Origin: a virus
Taxonomy: Duplodnaviria; Caudoviricetes
Length of the DNA: 42,997 nucleotides
IMG/VR virus record: IMGVR_UViG_3300013101_000023
Coordinates: 1-42,997 of that record
Reading direction: 5' to 3' (one strand)
Part shown: piece by piece, positions 36,661-42,997 of the stretch
Numbering within the stretch: position 1 is the first letter of the stretch
How the letters are laid out: each line of letters begins with the position of its first letter
Position numbers and translations under genes: made by a program
Notes under the pieces: generated by a model
Seen by the model: the letters and a program-made list of their open reading frames with translations, nothing else
Database searches by the model: none
Told to the model about the DNA's origin: nothing

Positions 36661-37012
36661 AAGTTAAGAAATTAACTTACTACTGCAAAGCACCGCACCG
36701 CAGGGCAGGGCATGGCAAAGCAAAGCAGCGCAGTGCAAAGCAGAGCAGAGCGTTAACAGTCTTCCATGAGGGCTGTTAGCGATCCTCTCTAGGATCAATG
36801 GCATAGCATCGCAAAGCAGGGCAGAGCAATGCAGGGCATGGCAAAGCAGAGCAGCGCAGCGCAAAGCAGAGATGAGCGTTAACAGTCTTCCATGAGGGCT
36901 GTTAGCGATCCTCTCTAGGATCAATGGCATAGCATCGCAAAGCAGGGCAGAGCAATGCAGAGCAAAGCAGAGCAGAGAAGTGAACTCCTTTCGGATATTC
37001 CGGGGGGTTTTA
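36661..37012 (+). ncRNA. Putative guide-RNA array: three (GCA-NN)n tracts separated by conserved hairpins
   Basis: 5' hairpin AAGTTAA-GAAA-TTAACTT. Tracts at 36685-36749 (13 units), 36801-36870 (14) and 36927-36976 (10). Identical double-hairpin linkers with G-U pairs. 3' hairpin plus T tract. Confidence 0.7.
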
Positions 37013-37040
37013 TTGATTAATTATATAGGACACTATTACC

Positions 37041-37640
37041 ATGGCTATTCAACATTTAAACGCAAAATTCGCAGGGACTCGTCCCCTTCTGATCAACAAC
37101 CCGCAAATGGCTGATCCGCTGAATGAGTACAAAAAAGCTCACGCAGCATTAACAAAAAAAGGAGTAAGACGCACGGAGGAAGACTACGCAGAAATTGGGC
37201 GCATAGAAATTAAAGCCAAACTATATTTTGACGATACGCACGGGGTATACATCCCGGAACGTTGGGTAACTGCGGCCCTCTGCCAGGTGTCTTTCACCAC
37301 TATAAAAGTGGCTAAAGCTAAGATCCGGTCTAGTGTATTTTTAGCCCAGGACAAAGTGCCATTAAATTACCGCAACAAGGATAGAGTAAAAACTGTTGCA
37401 GATATCGTGGGAAATCCTGAGTTTCAACACAAAATGCTGCTACCCCAAAATGGGGTCCGGGTGCCAAAACATTGTCCGATCTTCCACGATTGGTCCTTTG
37501 CTTTTGATCTTGATTACGATGATACTGTAGTGGACTTTGACGACGTTAAAGTCCTACTTCACCAGGCAGCTAACTATGGAGGCTTTGGTGATTTCAGACC
37601 TACCTTTGGCCGCTGTACTGTGGAGGTGACCCGTGACTAA
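37041..37640 (+). CDS. RAMP/Cas7-like RNA-binding protein (candidate RNA-guided effector)
   Basis: N-terminal strand + GTRPLLIN, YIP followed by a helix, C-terminal G-rich loop GGFGDFRPTFGR. Adjacent to the pentamer array. Confidence 0.7.
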   Translation: MAIQHLNAKFAGTRPLLINNPQMADPLNEYKKAHAALTKKGVRRTEEDYAEIGRIEIKAKLYFDDTHGVYIPERWVTAALCQVSFTTIKVAKAKIRSSVFLAQDKVPLNYRNKDRVKTVADIVGNPEFQHKMLLPQNGVRVPKHCPIFHDWSFAFDLDYDDTVVDFDDVKVLLHQAANYGGFGDFRPTFGRCTVEVTRD

Positions 37641-38064
37641 GTACTCGGCTGCTGTAGGTCGGGATTTCATGGAGGCTTTGGACTGTCTAGACCTCCTGGA
37701 ATATGGATCCGTAATCCCAGGTAATAAAGTGAAGGAACTCCTGGGACTTGAGGTTCCTTACCGAGCCACCCAGGCAGAATTTAAAACCTTAACCTTATTC
37801 GAGTTCAAAGCTATTGACTATGTTAGGAACGCGATACTATCCGGTGGGAAATACCTGGCTTCCGCCGGTGTGGACGGATACCGGATCCTGCTTCCCAGCG
37901 AGAATGGGGCGCAGTGTGACCGATACACTCAATCGGCAATAGGGAAACTTAATAGAGCGCTTAAGCTATCCAGGGGAACACCCCCGGGTGATTTTGTCCC
38001 ACCCGATAAGCAGGCGCAGCGTGCTGAACTCCATCTAAACAGCCTGACTAAGAAACGGCATTAA
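37633..38064 (+). CDS. Accessory hypothetical protein coupled to the RAMP-like gene
   Basis: GGAGG RBS, 8-bp overlap, GVDGYRILLPSE wing-like motif. Confidence 0.7.
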   Translation: MTKYSAAVGRDFMEALDCLDLLEYGSVIPGNKVKELLGLEVPYRATQAEFKTLTLFEFKAIDYVRNAILSGGKYLASAGVDGYRILLPSENGAQCDRYTQSAIGKLNRALKLSRGTPPGDFVPPDKQAQRAELHLNSLTKKRH

Positions 38065-38076
38065 ACCCCACGCATG

Positions 38077-38117
38077 AAAAAACCCCGTAGAGGCTGACAA
38101 CTTCTACGGGGTTTTTT
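38077..38117. terminator. Bidirectional intrinsic terminator
   Basis: AAAAAACCCCGTAGA..TCTACGGGGTTTTTT. Confidence 0.85.
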
Positions 38118-38234
38118 AATACACTGATTTTAACTGTTGCACACAATATGTTGAGGAAACAAAATATTGAGGGTCCCATTCTACCAGGTACAAAAGCCTA
38201 TTCAAGTTTATTTCAATTAGTTTGCAGAAAAAGG

Positions 38235-38263
38235 TTGCTTCTTTCGGAAAGTAGGCGTAAACT
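38235..38263 (+). promoter_or_regulatory. sigma70 early promoter
   Basis: TTGCTT-17 bp-TAAACT. Confidence 0.6.
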
Positions 38264-38306
38264 GAGCACAACTTAGAAATTCTTACCAACAACACTGGGG
38301 TCTAAC

Positions 38307-38540
38307 ATGTTTCATACAATATTTATAACCTTCGTAATTATCTATATTATCTGGATTTTTGGAGCTAAGCTATCCCTAATAATTGCCTTTAAACTCGCCG
38401 CCATAGCAGCCTCCCTGATACTTGGGATCATAGCCCTATCCGGGGGAGACCTTCCCTCTTGGTACTTGTTCGTGAGTGTATGTCTTATCTTCTGCCCAGT
38501 AACTGCAGAAGGCTGGAACGAATCTCTAAACGACGACTAA
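38307..38540 (+). CDS. Small membrane protein
   Basis: Two to three hydrophobic segments, first gene after the promoter. Confidence 0.6.
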   Translation: MFHTIFITFVIIYIIWIFGAKLSLIIAFKLAAIAASLILGIIALSGGDLPSWYLFVSVCLIFCPVTAEGWNESLNDD

Positions 38541-38568
38541 TCAACCTCTTACTTTTTCGGAGAATAAC

Positions 38569-39351
38569 ATGTCACACTTAATCTACCCAAGCAGCACTAA
38601 CACTGAGTACACACGCCCACAACTAGCAACTGTGATCACTCCACCACCACTAGGCGCCTTCCACGCTCCTTACTCTTTTACTGACTTCGTGGATACTATC
38701 CACAACGGTCTAGAGCAGCAAAATATTGAAGTGATCGGCGAGGAATACGTTACTTCTCACGAGAATAATCGCCTATTCGGTGCCTTAGAGTTAATTATCC
38801 CATCAATAGAGGGTGAATACCTTCCCGCAGGAGAAACTGGAGATCACCGGATCGTGTTAGGTCTTCGTGGATCTCACGACCAAAGCATCACCCGTGGCCT
38901 TGCAATCGGCTCCCAGGTCCTCGTGTGTAGCAACCTGTGCTTCTCTGGTAACTTAGGAGGCCTGCAGACTAAACAGACCACTAACATTGGTGCACGCTTA
39001 CCTGGCCTGGTACACGATGCACTAGCATTGATCCCAGGGGAAGCAGCGAAAAACCAGATACGGTTTGATCGTTACAAAAACAACCAACTGGAGCAGTATC
39101 AAGGCGATGCTATCCTGGTTGAATTACTACGACGTGGTGGACTATCCGCACCACAGCTGGCTAAAGCGGTTCGGGAATGGGACAACCCTTCCCACGACGA
39201 GCACAGCGAATTCGGATTTTCTACATGGCGCCTGTTCAACGCCTGCACGGAGTCAGTCAAACCATCAGGCGCCCAATCGAACCCACTGCTAGTGGAACAG
39301 AAAACCGGTATCATTTGTGATTACCTGGATAACTCGGTTTCACTACACTAA
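38569..39351 (+). CDS. DUF932-family protein
   Basis: LGLRGSHDQS..G.QVLVCSNL and WRLFNACTE signatures. Confidence 0.8.
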   Translation: MSHLIYPSSTNTEYTRPQLATVITPPPLGAFHAPYSFTDFVDTIHNGLEQQNIEVIGEEYVTSHENNRLFGALELIIPSIEGEYLPAGETGDHRIVLGLRGSHDQSITRGLAIGSQVLVCSNLCFSGNLGGLQTKQTTNIGARLPGLVHDALALIPGEAAKNQIRFDRYKNNQLEQYQGDAILVELLRRGGLSAPQLAKAVREWDNPSHDEHSEFGFSTWRLFNACTESVKPSGAQSNPLLVEQKTGIICDYLDNSVSLH

Positions 39352-39390
39352 ACGATCCGGCCAGGGACGGCCACCTATTGAGGAACAATC

Positions 39391-39684
39391 ATGAAAGACT
39401 ATCTAAAATTAGCAGCAATCGTATCAATATTCTTACTCGGATCAGCGTCTGATACCTTTGCCAATCCGTACGGGCACAACCAGCAGCAGCAATTTCAGCG
39501 TGATGTACAGCGCAACCGGGACCTTAACTATCGCCACCGAGAAAGCTACCAGCGCATGGTGGATCGGGACCAGGCAGAGTTAAGGCACCAGCAACAGGTA
39601 CAGCAACAGGATGAGATGATCCAGCTGCAGCGACAGCAGAACCGCATCCTGGAGCAGCAACACTATGGCTATGGGGGATACTAA
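39391..39684 (+). CDS. Secreted Gln-rich small protein
   Basis: Signal peptide, GAGG RBS, Q/R-rich coiled coil. Confidence 0.65.
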   Translation: MKDYLKLAAIVSIFLLGSASDTFANPYGHNQQQQFQRDVQRNRDLNYRHRESYQRMVDRDQAELRHQQQVQQQDEMIQLQRQQNRILEQQHYGYGGY

Positions 39685-40250
39685 TGACCAACGATGCTAA
39701 AGTATACAACCGCGCAGGAAAAGCCCTGGCCGTTATCCACTGCATGAGCGCCTTAGGCCCTAACCTGAGAATAGGTCAGCTCAGAGAATACCTGGACGGT
39801 AATGGGTTCGCATCCGGGAAAACAGGATCGGCGGGAAACTTGTACGCTGTCCTGCAGCTCCTGGAAAAAGTCAAAGTGGTGGAACGGGAGAGAATATATC
39901 TACCCGTCACCAACCCCGCCCGGAAAACATTGCCCCGGGTGTACTTATACAACTTGACCGCCCTGGGCCACAAATGCACCTTCCAGAATGAACACCACTT
40001 ACGCGAGATAATGTCCGAGGCAGGGATCCGGAAAGTGCACAAAGAGGTGCTGGTACCCATCCCGCGCGCCGAGCCAAAGTGCCGCAACAGAACGCTGATG
40101 TTTGAGTTTATACGCACCCATCCGGATAGGGGCGCGCGCGATGGGTATCTTAGAGGGGAGCAGTCCCGAGGCAGAAAATATGGACCCATTGAAGCCCGGT
40201 TCCGGGGCCACCACACGTACGACCGCTTCAAAGGGTGCTACATAGACTGA
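39684..40250 (+). CDS. Putative winged-helix DNA-binding protein
   Basis: NLYAVLQLLEKVKVVER..YLYNLTALG resembles PadR/MarR-type wHTH. Confidence 0.5.
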   Translation: MTNDAKVYNRAGKALAVIHCMSALGPNLRIGQLREYLDGNGFASGKTGSAGNLYAVLQLLEKVKVVERERIYLPVTNPARKTLPRVYLYNLTALGHKCTFQNEHHLREIMSEAGIRKVHKEVLVPIPRAEPKCRNRTLMFEFIRTHPDRGARDGYLRGEQSRGRKYGPIEARFRGHHTYDRFKGCYID

Positions 40251-40277
40251 GGCGGATTTTTAAGAAGAATTCATAAA

Positions 40278-40319
40278 AGGGGGTTGACGTGCCCCCTCCT
40301 GGTGGTATAATGAACCACC
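40278..40319 (+). promoter_or_regulatory. sigma70 promoter of the replication operon with overlapping palindromes
   Basis: TTGACG-16 bp-TATAAT with extended TG. AGGGGG..CCCCCT and GGTGGT..ACCACC inverted repeats. Confidence 0.75.
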
Positions 40320-40342
40320 GTCAATTTTTAGGGGAGAATAAA

Positions 40343-40537
40343 ATGCCTAAAACCAATAAACCCGTCAAAGTGAAACACAGTTTTGGGATAGAACAAACTG
40401 ACTTAGACGAGTTCACCCGTAGGGCTGAAGAGCTAGACACCAACCCGTCAGCACTAGCACGCTTATTAATTCGAGCGTTCAATGCTGGCTTAATTAAACT
40501 ACCTCGTAATGAGGCAATAGATCGGAGTTACCAATAA
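40343..40537 (+). CDS. Ribbon-helix-helix regulator
   Basis: Beta strand KHSFGI, then helices ..RAEELDTNPSALARLLI. GGGGAG RBS. Confidence 0.65.
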   Translation: MPKTNKPVKVKHSFGIEQTDLDEFTRRAEELDTNPSALARLLIRAFNAGLIKLPRNEAIDRSYQ

Positions 40538-40965
40538 TGAGTATTGAAACTGAAGTAAAGAAATTAACCACAGCCATTAACCGGATCGCAGATTATTGTG
40601 AGGCTAATGGGCTACCATCAGGCGTCCAGTGTGACGGGGTTGAAGGTCAGCCTGTACCCATCCCTGCGACAGTGATAGAGCAGCAACCGGTACAGCAACT
40701 AGCACCACAGCAGCCCGTACAGCAGGTCCCGCAGCAACAACCTGTTGTTCCTACTCAACAGGTACAACAGGCTATACCAGTTCAACCTGCGGGTTTAGAC
40801 GATAACTCAATAAACCAGATCCTGGTAGCTGAAGCGGCCCGCCTGGGTGAAACTGGCGCACAAAAAATCATTGCACTGCTGCAGCAGTTCGGGGCAACTC
40901 GTGTTGCTGACGTTCCTCCCGCAAACCGCCCTCAGTTAATCGCTGCGGTTCAAGGCCTAGTCTAA
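40537..40965 (+). CDS. Conserved hypothetical protein preceding DUF2800
   Basis: MSIE..LTTAI coiled coil, Q/P linker, LLQQFGATRVADVP C-terminal domain. Confidence 0.7.
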   Translation: MSIETEVKKLTTAINRIADYCEANGLPSGVQCDGVEGQPVPIPATVIEQQPVQQLAPQQPVQQVPQQQPVVPTQQVQQAIPVQPAGLDDNSINQILVAEAARLGETGAQKIIALLQQFGATRVADVPPANRPQLIAAVQGLV

Positions 40966-42200
40966 TGGTCATCACGGAGAAAGTGCCTCACCAACAAAAC
41001 GGCCCTTCCTCCCTTCATCGTCGCGCTGCCTGTCACGGCAGCCGGTGGGCCGAGTTCGGACTCCCTGAAGTGGAGTCCGAGCACAGCCGGGAAGGGACGG
41101 AAGCCCATGAACTTCTGGAGCGTATACTGGGCGGGGGCAATCCGACAGGATACGAAGACCGCGAAATGCTGACTGCGGTGATGGATACCGTCCGCTGGGT
41201 TCAAGGGTGGAGAGATCAGGGATACTCGGTAAGGTTTGAGTTTCCCGTGGATCCTAGCGAACTCTTGGGACCTGATACCGCGGGGACAGCAGACATTATC
41301 ATGGTAAAAGGTGATCATATCATCGTGGCCGATTTTAAATACGGACACCATGAAGTTTTACCCCAAGATAACCCTCAGCTCTTGGCGTATGCTGCAGGCG
41401 CAGCATGTGATAAAGCGATTCATAACGGTGCGGATCCCTGGTTTACTCTGGTCATTATTCAGCCCCGGCTATATCGTGGCGCCACAGTAAAAAGCACGGA
41501 GTACACGTACAACGGCATCCAGCCTCTATGGGACGGTATCCGGATAGACCTGGCTTTATGCACGGATAGTGCGGGACGTACTCCTTCAGCAGATGCATGT
41601 CACTATTGTAAAGCTAAACTGAGCTGTCATGAACGGGTAAGTGTTACCCAGGACAGCATAGGAGAGCTAGTGGCCCTGTCCGATGAACCCTTAACAGAGG
41701 AACTCGCAATGATCCAGCAACACAACGGCCTGGAGGGAATGACCCCCGCAACTATAGCTTCTTTCTTGGATTTGAAACCTCTGATTGATGCCTTGTTTGG
41801 GGACATCCAAGACCTGGCTTTCGATCAGGCTCGTGCAGGGATTACAGTCCCAGGGTATAAAATTATCAAAGGTCCTGGGCGCAGAAAATGGGCGCTAACA
41901 GAGGAGGAACTAGCCCGGAAATTCAAATCATTAAAGATCCCTAAAGTAGAATATCTAGTCACAAAAATGGGCTCACCGGCTCAGGTTGAAAAACTAGAAT
42001 GTGTAAAAGCGATGTCAGAAAGCAAACGCAATAATATCAAAACTTTCTATACAAAAACCCTGGGCAAAGACGTCCTGGTAACGGAATCTACTTCTGGGGA
42101 TCCTGTTATATTTAACTCAAGTGAAGCCTTCGCCGCTGCAGAATCTGGACCATCGGATCCGACAGTGGAAGCAACACCACCACCTATATCATTTTTATAA
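40965..42200 (+). CDS. DUF2800 Cas4-like PD-(D/E)xK nuclease
   Basis: PSS..R..C.GS, EGTEAHE, GTAD, DFKYG, NPQLLAYA, IIQPR, CHYCKAK..C. Confidence 0.9.
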   Translation: MVITEKVPHQQNGPSSLHRRAACHGSRWAEFGLPEVESEHSREGTEAHELLERILGGGNPTGYEDREMLTAVMDTVRWVQGWRDQGYSVRFEFPVDPSELLGPDTAGTADIIMVKGDHIIVADFKYGHHEVLPQDNPQLLAYAAGAACDKAIHNGADPWFTLVIIQPRLYRGATVKSTEYTYNGIQPLWDGIRIDLALCTDSAGRTPSADACHYCKAKLSCHERVSVTQDSIGELVALSDEPLTEELAMIQQHNGLEGMTPATIASFLDLKPLIDALFGDIQDLAFDQARAGITVPGYKIIKGPGRRKWALTEEELARKFKSLKIPKVEYLVTKMGSPAQVEKLECVKAMSESKRNNIKTFYTKTLGKDVLVTESTSGDPVIFNSSEAFAAAESGPSDPTVEATPPPISFL

Positions 42201-42209
42201 GGAACTATC

Positions 42210-42997
42210 ATGGCTGAACCATTCGTAACACCCGAAGGAAGATTATTGTGGACTAAAGGCCTCTGGAAAGCCTCAAGTTACAAAAACGATCCGACAAACC
42301 CCAGCAAATTTCGCTGCAGCATCGTGCTAAACATTAACGATCCAGCGATACCGGCAATCATTGCAGAATACAACGCCACTGTTGCCGCTGGCCTAGAAAT
42401 CCCACCCCAACAGCCAGGAGCTATTACCCAGTTGGGCAGAAGTCAAACACCTTGCTTGGATTATGGCGCGGTGATTCATCCCGGTGATGCATTTTACCAG
42501 GACAAAATTGTACTTAACCTGTCCCGGTCCGACGAAGACGGAGCCCCTGGTGTGATGCTGGATGCTGCAACTCCCGTAGTGGACAAAGGCCAGATTTATG
42601 ATGGGGTCGTTGCCCGCGCTCATTGCCGCTTCTACTCTTACAAAGGAGGATCCGGGGGAATGAATTGCGAACTCTACGCAGTAATGAAAACAGGGGACGC
42701 TGACCGCTTAGGGCAGGCAGCACCTGACTCCAGCGCAGCGTTTGCTGGTGTACCTGGTGTTGGTCCTGGTGGAGGTGCCCCACTGCCTCAAGGGACCCCG
42801 GCGCCTGCAAACTTTGGCATCCCAGGGCAGCAGCAGCAACCACAGCAGATTTCTACACCGTACCCGCCACAGCAGCCTATACCGCAGCCACAGTTCGCTG
42901 TCCCACAGCAACCGGTAGGTGTACCGGCGGCCCCTGTGGGAGTTCCTGACGTAGTGCCATTCACACAGCCCGTGGGAGCGCAGTTTGTGCAACCGCA
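42210..42997 (+). CDS. DUF2815-family single-stranded DNA-binding protein (runs off the window end)
   Basis: AAGGA RBS, MAEPFVTPEGRL..IYDGVVAR..GMNCELYAVMKTGDADRLG. Lies between DUF2800 and polA. Confidence 0.8.
   Translation, partial: MAEPFVTPEGRLLWTKGLWKASSYKNDPTNPSKFRCSIVLNINDPAIPAIIAEYNATVAAGLEIPPQQPGAITQLGRSQTPCLDYGAVIHPGDAFYQDKIVLNLSRSDEDGAPGVMLDAATPVVDKGQIYDGVVARAHCRFYSYKGGSGGMNCELYAVMKTGDADRLGQAAPDSSAAFAGVPGVGPGGGAPLPQGTPAPANFGIPGQQQQPQQISTPYPPQQPIPQPQFAVPQQPVGVPAAPVGVPDVVPFTQPVGAQFVQP

Larger units (their letters stand above)
1..42997. mobile_element. Near-complete circularly permuted podovirus-like phage genome
   Basis: Terminase, portal, scaffold, capsid, tail, ejection and replication genes are all present. 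Both ends fall in the same ORF and repeat, and no host genes flank them. Confidence 0.92.

Noticed and set aside
36664-36930. 88-aa Cys/Ala/Leu-rich minus-strand ORF
   Set aside because: It is a translation artefact of the pentamer array. There is no RBS, and the G-U pairs and promoter indicate a + strand RNA.
36748-36960. Canonical CRISPR array
   Set aside because: There are only two long repeats, the intervening sequence is itself 5-nt periodic, and cas1/cas2 are absent.
40965-42200. Cas4 as an adaptation module for the array
   Set aside because: DUF2800 is a standard member of the DUF2800-DUF2815-polA replication module and sits in a different operon.

Overview
The window looks like an essentially complete, circularly permuted ~43 kb podovirus-like dsDNA phage genome, probably infecting a Gram-negative proteobacterium. 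The assembly breaks inside a 111-bp tandem repeat in the SSB gene, which spans both ends of the window. The + strand carries an APSE-1-like replication module (DUF2800 nuclease, DUF2815 SSB, family A DNA polymerase, VRR-NUC, SNF2 helicase). The - strand carries a RepB-type primase-helicase with a downstream iteron region, followed by the packaging, head, tail and ejection genes. I recognise no integrase, repressor or endolysin. The standout feature is a self-contained locus at ~36.6-38.1 kb. A sigma70 promoter drives a putative non-coding RNA of three tracts of perfect GCA-NN pentamers (13, 14 and 10 units) separated by conserved hairpins. A gene for a RAMP/Cas7-like protein with a G-rich loop, an accessory gene and a terminator follow. 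This is a candidate phage RNA-guided system in which only the NN dinucleotides carry information. Other notable items are a phage-borne PEP-CTERM protein moron, an ADP-ribosyltransferase-like gene between terL and the portal, two candidate anti-defence nucleotide sponges, an AT-rich swapped tail cassette and short linear motifs shared between replication proteins. All family assignments come from motif recognition, not database searches.
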